Below are positions 48,952 to 59,451 of a DNA stretch of 64,000 bases, one piece after another. A program made the position numbers and the translations under genes. How positions within the stretch are numbered: the first letter of the stretch is position 1; each line of letters opens with the position of its first letter. The stretch spans positions 85,148 through 149,147 of the forward strand of contig JAUZRX010000010.1 in the NCBI GenBank assembly GCA_030949985.1, given 5' to 3'. A model generated the notes under the pieces. The model worked only from the letters and a program-made list of their open reading frames with translations, was not told the DNA's origin and searched no databases. This stretch comes from Acidobacteriota bacterium. GTDB lineage: Bacteria > Acidobacteriota > Polarisedimenticolia > J045.

Positions 48952-51198
48952 CTACAGTAACTGCTGGGGATCCACGTCGAGCATCAGCCAACGCGGCAGG
49001 GCGCCGTCCCCCCGGCGCAGGGGGGCGACGGCGCGGGCGAGGGCCGTGGCCAGGCGGGAGCGCTTGCGGGCCCGGGCGAGGATCTGCACCCGCCACAAGC
49101 CTCGCAGACGCGCCAGCGGCGCGATGCCCGGGCCGACCACGGCCACCCTCCCCTCCCCCGCCTCCCGCAAACGGGCGGCCAGCGAGCCCGCCCGTTCGAG
49201 GGCCAGGGCCTGGTCCTCGTCGCGCACGATCAGGTTGGCCAGAGCCGAGTCGGGGGGATAGTGCTGGGTGCGCCGGGCGTGCCACTCCCGCTTGACGAAG
49301 GTGTCGTAGTCCTGGCGGGCGGCGGCGGCGAGCACGGGATGCGCCGGGCGAAAGGCCTGCACCACCACCTTGCCCGGCCGCTCGCCCCGGCCGGAGCGAC
49401 CCGCCACCTGGGTCAGCAGCTGAAAGGTGCGCTCGCCGGCACGGAAGTCGGGCATCTCGAGGGTCATGTCGGCGGAAAGCACCCCCACCAGGGTCACCCG
49501 GTGGAAGTCGTGCCCCTTGGCGATCATCTGGGTCCCCACCAGCACGTCGATCTCGCCCCGGGCGAAGCGGCCGAGCAACTCTCCCAGCCGCCGCGGGGAG
49601 CGGGCCACGTCCCGGTCCAGACGATCCACCCGGGCCTCGGGCACCACCTCCCGCACCGCCTCTTCGGCCCGCTGGGTGCCGTAGCCCACGTCCGCCAGGT
49701 GGGGCGAGGCGCAGGTGGGACAGGCCGCGGGCCGCGGCGCGTTGTAGCCGCAATAGTGGCAGCGCAGGCGCGCGCCGACCTGGTGCCAGGTCAGGGAGAT
49801 CGAGCAGGCCGGACAGCCCACCCCCTGCCCGCAGGCCCGGCAGTGCAGCACCCGGGTGTAGCCCCGCCGGTTGAGCAGGATCATCGCCTGCTCTCCCCGG
49901 GCCAGGGTGGCTTCCAGCGCCTCGGCCAGGCGCGCCGACAGGGGGCGATCTTCTCCCGCCCGGGCGAATTCCTTGCGCATGTCGACGATCTCGACCTCCG
50001 CCAGGCTCGCTCCTCCCACCCGTTCGGGCAGCCGATGCAGCTCGGCCTTGCCCCGCTCGCAGAGCACCCAGGCCTCCAGCGAAGGCGTGGCCGAGCCCAG
50101 CAACACCACGGCCTCCGCCTCCCGGCCCCGCACCAGGGCCAGATCACGGGCGTGGTAGCGGGGGGATTCCTCCTGCTTGTAACCCCCGTCGTGTTCCTCG
50201 TCGACGACGATCAGTCCCGGGCGCACGAGGGGCGCGAAGAGGGCCGAGCGGGCCCCGACGACGATGCGCGTTCGCCCCTGGCGGCAGCGCTGCCAGGCCT
50301 CGTGGCGCTGGCGGTCGGACAGGCCCGAGTGCAGCACGGCCAGGCCCTCGCCGAAGCGCCCGGCCAGGGCCCGGCTCAGCCCGGGAGCCAACGCGATTTC
50401 GGGCACGAGGAAGAGCACCGGGCGGCCCAGTGCCAGGCAGCGCTCGGCCACCCGCAGATAGACCTCGGTCTTGCCCGATCCGGTCACGCCGTAGAGCACT
50501 CCGGCCTGGTAACGACGAGGCTCGAGCCAGCCGCAGAAGGCATCCACGGCGCGAGCCTGCGCCTCGGACAGGTGAGGAGGCGGCTTGACGGGGAAATCCA
50601 CCGGCGGCGGGGGCGGGACCGGTACCGATTCCATCTGGGCGGTGAGGACTCCGGCCCGCAGCAACGCGGTGGCCGCCGCGGCCCCGACACCCGCCGCCCG
50701 GGCCAGTGCGGCGGCCGTGCGGGGCGGACCGGCCAGGGCCTCGGCCAGCAGCTTGCGGCGCGCGGGGGTGCGAGCGAGCCTGTCGAGAGCCGCCTGGGGG
50801 TCGGCCGCCACCTCCCCGGCCGGAACGAGCAGCTTGCGTCGCGGGGGCGCTCCGCGACCGGGAGCCACGGCCGCGGGCAGCGCGGCGCGCACCACCTCGC
50901 CCGGAGGCGCCAGGTAGTAGCGCGCGGCGTACTCCACGGTGGCCAGCAGGTCCGCAGGCAGCGCCGGCCGGTCCACCTCGTCGAGAGCCTCGAGAATCTC
51001 CCGCAGGCGGACACCCTCCGGCGGGCGGGTGGCCATACCCATCACCACACCCACCACCTGCCGGCGACCGAGAGGCACCCGCACCCGCACGCCCGGTCCC
51101 ACCCGGCCCGCCAGGACCTCGGGCACCCGGTAGGTCAAGGGTTCGGGCAGCGGTGCGGGTACGGCCACCTGCGCCAGCAGGGGGGCGGCGCGACTCAC
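48952..51198 (-). CDS. priA: Primosomal protein N' (replication restart helicase PriA)
   Basis: N-terminal 3'-DNA-binding region (LTYRVPEVLAGRVGPGVRVRVPLGRR); Walker A GVTGSGKTEVY; DEAH-like VVDEEHD; Cys-rich zinc-binding region (CRACGQGVGCPACSISLTWH...CHYCGY...CPTC). Confidence 0.9.
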   Translation of the reverse strand: MSRAAPLLAQVAVPAPLPEPLTYRVPEVLAGRVGPGVRVRVPLGRRQVVGVVMGMATRPPEGVRLREILEALDEVDRPALPADLLATVEYAARYYLAPPGEVVRAALPAAVAPGRGAPPRRKLLVPAGEVAADPQAALDRLARTPARRKLLAEALAGPPRTAAALARAAGVGAAAATALLRAGVLTAQMESVPVPPPPPVDFPVKPPPHLSEAQARAVDAFCGWLEPRRYQAGVLYGVTGSGKTEVYLRVAERCLALGRPVLFLVPEIALAPGLSRALAGRFGEGLAVLHSGLSDRQRHEAWQRCRQGRTRIVVGARSALFAPLVRPGLIVVDEEHDGGYKQEESPRYHARDLALVRGREAEAVVLLGSATPSLEAWVLCERGKAELHRLPERVGGASLAEVEIVDMRKEFARAGEDRPLSARLAEALEATLARGEQAMILLNRRGYTRVLHCRACGQGVGCPACSISLTWHQVGARLRCHYCGYNAPRPAACPTCASPHLADVGYGTQRAEEAVREVVPEARVDRLDRDVARSPRRLGELLGRFARGEIDVLVGTQMIAKGHDFHRVTLVGVLSADMTLEMPDFRAGERTFQLLTQVAGRSGRGERPGKVVVQAFRPAHPVLAAAARQDYDTFVKREWHARRTQHYPPDSALANLIVRDEDQALALERAGSLAARLREAGEGRVAVVGPGIAPLARLRGLWRVQILARARKRSRLATALARAVAPLRRGDGALPRWLMLDVDPQQLL

Positions 51199-51289
51199 GG
51201 CAGCCCCCCTCCAAGGCAGCGGGAAGCGGAACGGACCGCGGCGGCCTCGCCCTCCCGGTCCTCCCCGCGGAGCCGCACCCGCTCCCCCA

Positions 51290-53326
51290 TCACTCCTGCC
51301 GGCCGGCGGCGTCCAGCGCCCGGGCGATCAGATCGTCGTCCGCGGCTTCCGGCAAGGTGATCGTCATCCGCGGCTCGTCCTCCATCGCCCGCCGCGCCGC
51401 GAACACCGCCTCGTCATTGCGGGCCCATGCCCGGCGGGCCAGGCCGTTGGCCACGTCCCAGCAGAGCATGCGCGCCGCGCGCTCGCCGGCCGCGCGACTG
51501 CCGTCGAGCACCAGTCCGAAGCCACCGTTGATCGCCTCGCCCCAGCCCACCCCGCCGCCGTTGTGCAGGCTGACCCAGGTCGCGCCGCGGAAGGCGTCAC
51601 CGATCACGTTCTGCACGGCCATGTCGGCGCAGAAGCGGGAACCGTCGCGGATGTTGGCCGTCTCCCGCCAGGGGGAGTCGGTGCCCGAAACGTCGTGGTG
51701 ATCCCGGCCCAGCACCACCGGAGCGCGGATCCGCCCGTCGCCGACGGCGTCGTTGAAGGCCAGGGCGATGGCCCGCCGCCCCTCCCGGTCCGCGTAGAGA
51801 ATCCGGGCCTGAGAGCCGACCACCATGCGGTTGGCTCCCGCCTGGCGGATCCAGCGCAGGTTGTCGAGCATTTGCTGGCGGATCTCCGGGGGCGCTCCCT
51901 CCGCCTGGCCCGCGATGACCTCCGCCGCGATGGCGTCGGTGCGCTCGAGGTCCGCGGGGTCTCCCGAGGTGCAGACCCAGCGGAAGGGACCGAAACCGTA
52001 GTCGAAACAGACCGGCCCCATGATGTCCTCCACGTAGGAGGGGTAGCGGAACTCGGTCGCCTCACCGGCCACCCGCGCCCCGGCGTCCCGCGCACGAATC
52101 AGAAACGCGTTGCCGTAGTCCCAGAAAGCCATCCCCGCATCGGCCAGGGTGTTGATCGCCTCGACCTGCCGCCGCAGGGAAGCGTGAACCACCTCGCGAA
52201 AGCCCTCCGGATCGTCGTGCATCATCGTGCGGGCCTGCTCGAGGCTCAGCCCCACCGGGTAATACCCCCCGAAGTAGGGGTTGTGCAGGGAGGTCTGGTC
52301 CGAACCCAGATCGACGCTCACCCCCTCCCGCGCCAGTCGTTCCCAGAGATCGACCACGTTGCCGTCGTAGGCGATGGAGACCGCCTCCCGGTCACGGCGG
52401 GCTCGCTCGATGCGCGCCAGCAGGCGGTCGAGATCGGCCTCGACTTCCATCACCCAGCCCTGCGCGTGACGCTTGGCCGTGGCGGCGGGGTTGACCTCGG
52501 CCACCACGCCCACCGCCCCGGCGATCACCGCCGCCTTGGCCTGGGCGCCGCTCATCCCACCCAGCCCCGAGGAGACGAAGAGCCGGCCGGCCAATCCATC
52601 CTCTCCCGAACGCAGGTAGCGCCGACCGGCACCGAGCAGGGTGATGGTGGTGCCGTGCACGATGCCCTGGGGGCCGATGTACATGTAGCTGCCGGCCGTC
52701 ATCTGCCCGTAGGAGGTCACCCCCAGCGCATGGAGACGTTCGAACGCTTCGAGGGAGGAGTAATGGGGAATCACCATCCCGTTGGTCACCACCACCCGCG
52801 GCGCCTCGGGGTGGGAGGGGAAGAGTCCCAGGGGGTGACCGGAGTAGAGCACCAGGGTCTGCTCGTCGGTCATTCGGGCCAGGTAGGCCATGGTCAGCAG
52901 ATACTGGGCCCAGTTCTGAAACACCGCGCCGTTGCCCCCGTAAGTCACCAGCTCGTAGGGAAACTGGGCCACCGCGGGATCCAGATTGTTCTGGATCATC
53001 AACATGATCGCCGCCGCCTGGGTGCAGCGGGCGGGGTAGGCGCCGATGGGGCGAGCATGCATCGGGTAGTGGGGGCGGAAGCGATGCATGTAGATGTGGC
53101 CCCACGCCTCCAACTCCGCTGCGAATTCCGGAGCCAGAGCCTCGTGCCACGCCCGGGGGAAGTAGCGCAAGGCGTTGGCCAGGGCCAGGCGCCGACCGAC
53201 GGCATCGAGTCCCGGCTGCCTGGCCGGCGCCCGATCGACGGCCGGATCGATGGGGGGCGGGTCAGGAAGGCTCGCGGGCAGACCCCGGGCGATCTCGTCG
53301 CGGAACGTGACAGGCTCGGCGCTCAT
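51290..53326 (-). CDS. hutU: Urocanate hydratase
   Basis: 678 aa with characteristic blocks (YGGNGAVFQNW, GQMTAGSYMYIGPQGIVHGT, GLGGMSGAQ NAD-binding Gly-rich motif, LHNGGGVGWGEA). Confidence 0.9.
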   Translation of the reverse strand: MSAEPVTFRDEIARGLPASLPDPPPIDPAVDRAPARQPGLDAVGRRLALANALRYFPRAWHEALAPEFAAELEAWGHIYMHRFRPHYPMHARPIGAYPARCTQAAAIMLMIQNNLDPAVAQFPYELVTYGGNGAVFQNWAQYLLTMAYLARMTDEQTLVLYSGHPLGLFPSHPEAPRVVVTNGMVIPHYSSLEAFERLHALGVTSYGQMTAGSYMYIGPQGIVHGTTITLLGAGRRYLRSGEDGLAGRLFVSSGLGGMSGAQAKAAVIAGAVGVVAEVNPAATAKRHAQGWVMEVEADLDRLLARIERARRDREAVSIAYDGNVVDLWERLAREGVSVDLGSDQTSLHNPYFGGYYPVGLSLEQARTMMHDDPEGFREVVHASLRRQVEAINTLADAGMAFWDYGNAFLIRARDAGARVAGEATEFRYPSYVEDIMGPVCFDYGFGPFRWVCTSGDPADLERTDAIAAEVIAGQAEGAPPEIRQQMLDNLRWIRQAGANRMVVGSQARILYADREGRRAIALAFNDAVGDGRIRAPVVLGRDHHDVSGTDSPWRETANIRDGSRFCADMAVQNVIGDAFRGATWVSLHNGGGVGWGEAINGGFGLVLDGSRAAGERAARMLCWDVANGLARRAWARNDEAVFAARRAMEDEPRMTITLPEAADDDLIARALDAAGRQE

Positions 53327-53431
53327 GGCTCCCTCCAGCGTATCCCGCCCATTCTACCGGCGGGGACGGACGCGGGATAATGCGCGGGCCGGGTCGCGGC
53401 AAGGGCCTCCAGCGCCGCCGCAGACCGCGGC

Positions 53432-54127
53432 TCAGCCGACGACCACCGGCAGCCGGTGCTGCAGGCGGATCTCCCCGGGTGTGACCCGGGCCTGGTAGCA
53501 GAGGATCTCGACGCCCTCGGCGTGGGCCGCGGCCAGGGCACGGGCGTAGGCGGGATCGATGGCACCGGCGGGACGGAAATGATCGGCGTCTTCCCGCTGG
53601 ACGACGAAGAGCAACACCGCCCGGGCGCCCTCCCCCGCCAGCGCGCGCAACCGCCCGATGTGCTTGAGTCCCCGGGTGGTCACCGCGTCGGGAAAGATCG
53701 CCGCGGCGCCGTCGACCAGGGTGACGTTCTTCACCTCGACCCAGGCGGGAGGACCGGCCCCCTCGAGCAGGAAGTCGAGGCGGCTGTCGCCGATGCGCAC
53801 CTCGCGACGCCGGCGCGGGTAGCCCGCCAGTTCCGCAATCGTCCCTGTGGCGAGGGCCTCTTCCACCAGGGCGTTGGTTCGCGCGGTGTTGACCCCGGCC
53901 AGCGCCCCCACGGACTCGACGATCTCCAGGGTGCCGGGCAGCTTGCGCCGGGGATCGTCGCGGACCGAATACCAGGCCCGGCTCCCCGGCTCGGCGCAGA
54001 GGGTCATCGCTCCGGTGTTGGGCACGTGCACGGTCAGAATCCCGCCGGCGGGCAATTCCAGGTCGGCCAGAAAGCGCTTGTAGCGCCGCCGCAGCACCGC
54101 CTCGGCGAGGGGCGGGTCGAAGATCAT
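53432..54127 (-). CDS. sfsA: Sugar fermentation stimulation protein A homolog
   Basis: 231 aa starting [25 protein letters not shown] (canonical SfsA N-terminus). The 455-aa track ORF is an upstream in-frame extension with junk composition. Confidence 0.8.
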   Translation of the reverse strand: MIFDPPLAEAVLRRRYKRFLADLELPAGGILTVHVPNTGAMTLCAEPGSRAWYSVRDDPRRKLPGTLEIVESVGALAGVNTARTNALVEEALATGTIAELAGYPRRRREVRIGDSRLDFLLEGAGPPAWVEVKNVTLVDGAAAIFPDAVTTRGLKHIGRLRALAGEGARAVLLFVVQREDADHFRPAGAIDPAYARALAAAHAEGVEILCYQARVTPGEIRLQHRLPVVVG

Positions 54128-54840
54128 CGGCCCTGTCGCGGCGGCGGTGACAGCCCGAGGCGTGCGAGCACTTCTTGCATGTCCTCCCACACCGGGCGCT
54201 TGGCGGCGGGGTTGCGCAGCAGGTAGGCGGGGTGAAAGGTGGCCATCACCGGTACGCCCTTGACACGGAACCAGCGGCCCCGCGCGCGGGTGATCGACCG
54301 CACCGGCTCGCCCAGCAGGCCCTCGAGAGCCGTACGGCCCAGGGTGACGATCACCTCCGGCTGAATGATGCGAATCTGCTCGTGGAGAAACGGCAGGCAG
54401 GTCGCCGACTCGTCGGGTAGAGGCGCACGGTTTTCCGGGGGTCGGCACTTGACCACGTTGGCGATGTAGACCTCTTCGCGACTCAGGCCCATGGCGCCGA
54501 TGATCTTGTCGAGGAGCCGACCGGCCTTGCCCACGAAGGGCTCGCCCTGCCTGTCCTCGTCGGCCCCGGGCCCCTCCCCGACGAAGACCAGGCGGGCTTC
54601 CGGGTTGCCGGTACCGAAGACCAGCCGGGTCCGGCCCTTCCACAAAGCGCAACGCCGGCAATCGCCGAGGGTCTCCTCCCGCAGGCGCTCGAGGGCCTCG
54701 GCGGCGCCGCCGCTCCCGCCGCCACCGCCGGACTCCGCCACCGCAGGCCCGTGCAAAGCCACCGCCTCGACCCCCAGGTCGCGATAGAGCCGCAGCCATT
54801 CGGCAGCCTGTCGACGCGAGGCACTCACCGGCGCCACCAT
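54124..54840 (-). CDS. udg: Uracil-DNA glycosylase, family 4
   Basis: [34 protein letters not shown]...[10 protein letters not shown]...HPAYLLR: family 4 UDG Fe-S/active-site motifs. ATGA overlap with sfsA. Confidence 0.8.
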   Translation of the reverse strand: MVAPVSASRRQAAEWLRLYRDLGVEAVALHGPAVAESGGGGGSGGAAEALERLREETLGDCRRCALWKGRTRLVFGTGNPEARLVFVGEGPGADEDRQGEPFVGKAGRLLDKIIGAMGLSREEVYIANVVKCRPPENRAPLPDESATCLPFLHEQIRIIQPEVIVTLGRTALEGLLGEPVRSITRARGRWFRVKGVPVMATFHPAYLLRNPAAKRPVWEDMQEVLARLGLSPPPRQGR

Positions 54841-56045
54841 TTTTCCATGGCGTCGGCCAGGTGCTCGGCCACCTGCCGCTTGCTCATCTTCGGCCAGCGC
54901 TCGACGCCTCCTTGCGGGCCGATCAGGGCCACCTCGTTGGTCTCCACTTCGAAACCCGACCCCGGACGAGAAACGTCGTTGGCCAGCAGCAGGTCACAGC
55001 CCTTGCGCTCGCGCTTGGCCACGCCCTTGGCCACCGCGTCCCCGATTTCCGCCGCAAAGCCCACCAGGAGCAGTTCCGCCGGCAGACGCCCCCCGGCGCG
55101 CGCCCGCGCCAGGTCGGCGAGAATGTCCGGGTTGGCCTCCAACTCGAGGGTATAACCCGTGCCCTTGGGCAAGCTGATTTTCTCCCGTGGCGGATCCGCG
55201 GGGCGGTGATCGGCCACCGCCGCGGCCATCACCACCGCCGCCGCCCCTGCCGCCGCCTCGAAGACCGCCTGATGCATCTCGGAGGCCGTCTCCACGGACA
55301 CTCGATCGACTCCCCACGGCGGCGGCAGGCAGACCGGTCCGCTGATCAGCACGACCTCCGCGCCGCGGGCCCGTACCGCGGCGGCAATCGCGTAGCCCAT
55401 CTTCCCCGACGAGCGGTTGCCCAGGTAGCGCACCGGATCCACAGGCTCCCGGGTCGGCCCCGCCGAGACGACAATCCGGCGCCCTTCCATCGAGCGGGAG
55501 CGGCGGGCGGCGATCAGCGCCTCGGCGGTGATCCTCTGCAGGTCCGCCAGGCGTCCGGCCCCGTCGTCTCCGCAGGCCACGAACCCCTCCTCCGGCGGTA
55601 CGACCACCACGCCGCGGGCCTCGAGGCGGGCCACGTTCTCGCGAGTCTGCTCGTGTTCCCACATGCCGGGGTTCATCGCGGGCGCGAGCACCACCGGCCC
55701 GCGGAAGGCCAGGTGGATCGTCGACAGCAGATCGTCGGCCAACCCCCGGGCGAAGCGCGCCAGCAGGTTGGCCGTGGCCGGAGCCACCAGCAACACGTCG
55801 GCCCAACGGGCCAGGTCGATGTGATCGATGGCCGGCGAGGGCTGTTCGTGAAACTCGGTGGTGGCCACCGGGTTGCCCGAAAGGGTGGCCAGGGTCAGAG
55901 GTGTGACGAATTCCGCCGCCCGGCCGGTGAGCACCACCTTCACTTCGGCCCCTTCCCGGACCAGCGCCCGCACCAGTTCCGCGGCCTTGTAGGCCGCGAT
56001 GCCACCGCTGACGCCGAAGAGAACGCGGGGGGGACGACGGCTCAC
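54825..56045 (-). CDS. coaBC: Bifunctional phosphopantothenoylcysteine decarboxylase / phosphopantothenate-cysteine ligase
   Basis: Start at GTG 56045 ((M)SRRPPRVLFGVSGGIAAYK, GGAAGGGGAAGG RBS). Flavoprotein domain and CoaB domain (ISAGPTREPVDPVRYLGNRSSGKMG). Upstream track extension is junk. Confidence 0.85.
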   Translation of the reverse strand: MSRRPPRVLFGVSGGIAAYKAAELVRALVREGAEVKVVLTGRAAEFVTPLTLATLSGNPVATTEFHEQPSPAIDHIDLARWADVLLVAPATANLLARFARGLADDLLSTIHLAFRGPVVLAPAMNPGMWEHEQTRENVARLEARGVVVVPPEEGFVACGDDGAGRLADLQRITAEALIAARRSRSMEGRRIVVSAGPTREPVDPVRYLGNRSSGKMGYAIAAAVRARGAEVVLISGPVCLPPPWGVDRVSVETASEMHQAVFEAAAGAAAVVMAAAVADHRPADPPREKISLPKGTGYTLELEANPDILADLARARAGGRLPAELLLVGFAAEIGDAVAKGVAKRERKGCDLLLANDVSRPGSGFEVETNEVALIGPQGGVERWPKMSKRQVAEHLADAMEKWWRR

Positions 56046-56686
56046 GACCCTTCCCCTTCCCCGGTCCCCTCCACCGGAAAGCCATCGACGATCCGGGACG
56101 CCTGCTCCACGCGGCGCTCGCGCCGGCAGCGGGCGGCGAGAACGATGCCGCACAGCTCTCCCGCGGCCCGCTCCAGGTCGTCGTTGATCACCAGAAAATC
56201 GAAGTCCCGCCAGCGCAGGAGTTCCTGGCGCGCTCCCCGCAGGCGCCGTTCGATCACCTCCTGCGCATCGGTGCCCCGGGCGACCAGCCGCCGACGCAAA
56301 GTCTCGAAGTCCGGCGGCAAGATGAAGATCGTCCGGCAATCCCCGACGGCCCGCCGCACCTGTTCGGCGCCCTGCACGTCGATGTCGAGTATCACGTCCG
56401 CACCGGCGGCGCGCAGGGCCTCGATCTGCCGCCGGGAGGTGCCGTAGTACTCACCGTGCACCACCGCCCACTCGAGGAACTCGCCCCGTCCCATCATCTC
56501 GCGAAAGGTGGGAATGTCGGTGAAATGATATTCCCGCCCGTCCTGTTCCCCCGGGCGCGGCGACCGTGTCGTCCACGAGACGGAAAAGCGCAGCCCCTCG
56601 ATCCGGGCGACGAGTTCCCCGATCAGGGTGCTCTTGCCCGCCCCCGAGGGGGCCGACACCACGAAGAGATCACCTCGCCCTGTCAT
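56042..56686 (-). CDS. gmk: Guanylate kinase
   Basis: LFVVSAPSGAGKSTL P-loop, SVSWTTRSPRPGEQDGREYHF; GTGA overlap with coaBC. Confidence 0.9.
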   Translation of the reverse strand: MTGRGDLFVVSAPSGAGKSTLIGELVARIEGLRFSVSWTTRSPRPGEQDGREYHFTDIPTFREMMGRGEFLEWAVVHGEYYGTSRRQIEALRAAGADVILDIDVQGAEQVRRAVGDCRTIFILPPDFETLRRRLVARGTDAQEVIERRLRGARQELLRWRDFDFLVINDDLERAAGELCGIVLAARCRRERRVEQASRIVDGFPVEGTGEGEGS

Positions 56687-56702
56687 CCCGTTCTCGCTCT
56701 CC

Positions 56703-57587
56703 CTACTCCAGGTTGGCGGCCTGCTCGCGAATCTTCTCCAGCTCGCCCTTGATGCGCAGCACCTGCTCGTCGACGGCCGGATCGGAGGCCTTCGAGCCGA
56801 TGGTGTTCACCTCCCGGCGGATCTCCTGGACGAGGAACTCCGCCGCCCGGCCGATCTCGCCGGTGGAGCCGGAGAAGAGTTCCTCGAGCCGGTCGAGGTG
56901 AGCCGCCAGGCGCACCAGCTCTTCGGTGACGTCCGCCCGCTGGGCCAGCAGCGCCGCCTCCTGGGCCACCCGGGCCGGGTCCACGGCGGTCTCCCCGAGC
57001 AGTTCTTCGACCCGGCGCCGCAACTCCGCGGCCAGTCTTGCGGGCACCGGGCCCGCCAGCTTCCGCACCCGGGCCACCGCATCGCGCACGGCGCGCTCCC
57101 GCAGCCGCAAGTCGGCCAGCAACGTCTCGCCTTCCCGGCGCCGGCTGGCGTCGAAGGCCGCCAGGGCATCGACCAGGGCCCGGTCCACCAGGGAGAAGAG
57201 CTCTTCGACCTGCTCTTCTTCGATGGTCGCCGACTCGAGCACACCGGGCAGGCGCAACAGCACCTCGGCCCGGGGACCGCCGTCGAGATCGAACTCCTCT
57301 TCCAGCCGGCGCCAGGCCTGCACCAGCTCCCCGGCCACGACCAGGTTCAGCTTCAGGCGGCTGGCGGCGGCCCGCTCGCCCTCGAGGGCCACCATCACGT
57401 CCACCCGGCCCCGGGCGACCGTCTCCTGCACCTGTTCGCGCCAGCGGCTCTCACCGGCCAGCAGCACCTGGGGCAAGCGGAACCGCACCTCCCGCTGGCG
57501 GGAGTTGACCGAGCGAATCTCCACCGTCGCGGTCATCGCGTCGGCCCCGGCCCGCGCCCTGCCGTAGCCCGTCATGCTACGCATCAT
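56703..57587 (-). CDS. yicC: YicC-family stress-induced protein (endoribonuclease YicC)
   Basis: MMRSMTGYGRA N-terminus diagnostic of the YicC family; long coiled-coil middle; C-terminal EIRREVNTIGSKA. Confidence 0.85.
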   Translation of the reverse strand: MMRSMTGYGRARAGADAMTATVEIRSVNSRQREVRFRLPQVLLAGESRWREQVQETVARGRVDVMVALEGERAAASRLKLNLVVAGELVQAWRRLEEEFDLDGGPRAEVLLRLPGVLESATIEEEQVEELFSLVDRALVDALAAFDASRRREGETLLADLRLRERAVRDAVARVRKLAGPVPARLAAELRRRVEELLGETAVDPARVAQEAALLAQRADVTEELVRLAAHLDRLEELFSGSTGEIGRAAEFLVQEIRREVNTIGSKASDPAVDEQVLRIKGELEKIREQAANLE

Positions 57588-58759
57588 CTGCCGTCTCGCT
57601 CCTCCCGCGCCGGGCGGGTCGTGGCCCGTAACTCCCCGATCAGCACCTGGGCCGCACGCCGGTAGGCCCCCGGCTCACCCAGGCGTCGCCGCACATCGGC
57701 CAGCCCCTCGAGCATCGCCCGCCGGGCCGGCCCCTCGTCCAGCAGGGGCAGCAGCGCCGCCGCCGCCCGCCGGGCGGTGAATCTTTCCTGCAACAGTTCG
57801 GGCACCACCTCCCGCCCGGCCACCAGGTTGACCAGGCTGACGTGGTCGATATCGAGAGCCATTCTACCCACCGTCGCGGTGAGCCAGGAGGTGCGGTAGA
57901 CCACCACCTCGGGTACGCCCCTGACAGCCACCTCGAGGCTGGCGGTTCCCGAGGCCACCAGCGCCCCGTCACAGGCCTCGACCGCGGCGGCGAAATCGCC
58001 CGCCACCACCTTCACCGGCAGGGCCGAAGCCGCCACCCGGGCGGTGACGGCCTCGGCGTCGAGACCGGCGGCCAGGGGCAGCACGAAGCGCGTATGGGGT
58101 CGGCGGTCGCGGAGGAGCCGCCCGGCTTCCAGCATCGGCGCCAGGTGACGCCTCAACTCCCCGGGACGAGAGCCGGGGAGCAGGCCGAGCACCTCGCCCT
58201 CCGGCTCGATCCCCAGGGCCCGGCGGGCGGCGGCCGCGTCGGGATGATGCCGGTGGTCGTCGGCCAGGGGGTGGCCCACGAAGCTCACCGGCACGCCGTG
58301 GTCGCGGTAGAAGCTCTCCTCGAAGGGAAAGAAGACGATCATCCGCCGCACCAGTTTCTCGAGGATCTTCACCCGCCGCCGGCGCCAGGCCCAGAGCTGG
58401 GGGCTGATGTAGTAGAGCACCGGCACGCCCAACCTCCGGGCCGTACGGGCGAGCATCAGGTTGAAATCGGGGAAGTCCACCAGCAGCAGCAGGTCCGGAG
58501 GACTTTCCCGCAGGCGGCGGCGCAAATCCCCGAGCGCGGCCCGCAGGGCCGGCAGTCGGGCGAAGACCTCGGTGATCCCCACCACCGAGAGCCGCTCCAC
58601 CCGGTGGAAGAGTCGCACACCCTCCGCCTCGAGCCCATCGCCGCCGGTACCCTCGAAACGCAGGGAGGGGTCGAGCAGCCGCGCCTGACGCACCAGCCCC
58701 GCCGCATGGGCGTCGCCGGAAGCCTCGCCGGCGATCACCATCACCCGCGGTGCGCTCAC
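57584..58759 (-). CDS. lpxB: Lipid-A-disaccharide synthase
   Basis: MVIAGEASGDAHAAGLV...FEGTGG N-terminus; PGSR motif (LGLLPGSRPGE); GT19 family layout. Confidence 0.85.
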   Translation of the reverse strand: MSAPRVMVIAGEASGDAHAAGLVRQARLLDPSLRFEGTGGDGLEAEGVRLFHRVERLSVVGITEVFARLPALRAALGDLRRRLRESPPDLLLLVDFPDFNLMLARTARRLGVPVLYYISPQLWAWRRRRVKILEKLVRRMIVFFPFEESFYRDHGVPVSFVGHPLADDHRHHPDAAAARRALGIEPEGEVLGLLPGSRPGELRRHLAPMLEAGRLLRDRRPHTRFVLPLAAGLDAEAVTARVAASALPVKVVAGDFAAAVEACDGALVASGTASLEVAVRGVPEVVVYRTSWLTATVGRMALDIDHVSLVNLVAGREVVPELLQERFTARRAAAALLPLLDEGPARRAMLEGLADVRRRLGEPGAYRRAAQVLIGELRATTRPAREERDGR

Positions 58760-59451
58760 AACGGCCTCCCCACACCGGGATCGGCGGCGTGCTCGGCGGC
58801 GAAGGCCTCCAGGCGATTGAGAGCCTGTTCCACCCGCCGGCCCGCGACCTCCAGGTCCTCACCCGGGGCGATCTCGAGAGGCTCGCCGTAGGCCATCAGG
58901 CCCCGGCTGCCCGGACGGGGAATCATGAAACGGTCCCAGGAGTTCAGGCGCCATGCCCGGTCGTAACCCACGGCCACGGGAATGATCGGCACCCGACCCA
59001 GCCGCGCGGCGATCACGCATCCGGGCTGCACCTTGCGGGCCGGCCCCCGAGGGCCGTCGGGGGTGAAGCCGATGTCGCTACCTTGCTTCAGGTGCCGCAG
59101 CATGCCCCGCAGGGCCGCCGCGCCACCGCGGCTGCTCGAGCCGCGGGCGGGCACGTAACCGAATCGCTCCACCGTGCGCGCGATCATCTCGCCGTCCCTG
59201 TGGCGGCTGATCATGAACACCAGTTGCGGGCCCACGTAGCTGTAGACCATCAACAGCAGGTGCGCGTGCCAGAAAACATGGACATAGCGCCGATTCCGGG
59301 CCGCGAACTCCTCGACGATCTCCCGGCCGTGGCAACGCAGCCGCACGCCGGCGCGCAACACGCGAATCACCCCCGCCGCCAACGGAGGGACGAGGGTGCG
59401 GACCAGGGGGGAGAGCTCTCCCCTGGAAGAGCCGACGGATTCCGCGCTCAC
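58756..59451 (-). CDS. Lysophospholipid acyltransferase-like protein (DUF374/LPLAT family)
   Basis: HVFWHAHLLLMV...ISRHRDGE...GFTPDGPRGP blocks typical of the DUF374 family that accompanies lpxB/kdtA. ATGA overlap with lpxB. Confidence 0.65.
   Translation of the reverse strand: MSAESVGSSRGELSPLVRTLVPPLAAGVIRVLRAGVRLRCHGREIVEEFAARNRRYVHVFWHAHLLLMVYSYVGPQLVFMISRHRDGEMIARTVERFGYVPARGSSSRGGAAALRGMLRHLKQGSDIGFTPDGPRGPARKVQPGCVIAARLGRVPIIPVAVGYDRAWRLNSWDRFMIPRPGSRGLMAYGEPLEIAPGEDLEVAGRRVEQALNRLEAFAAEHAADPGVGRPL

Noticed and set aside
46076-51360. Plus-strand ORFs of 1,061 aa and 699 aa
   Set aside because: Antisense to the SNF2 helicase and PriA; low-complexity translations.
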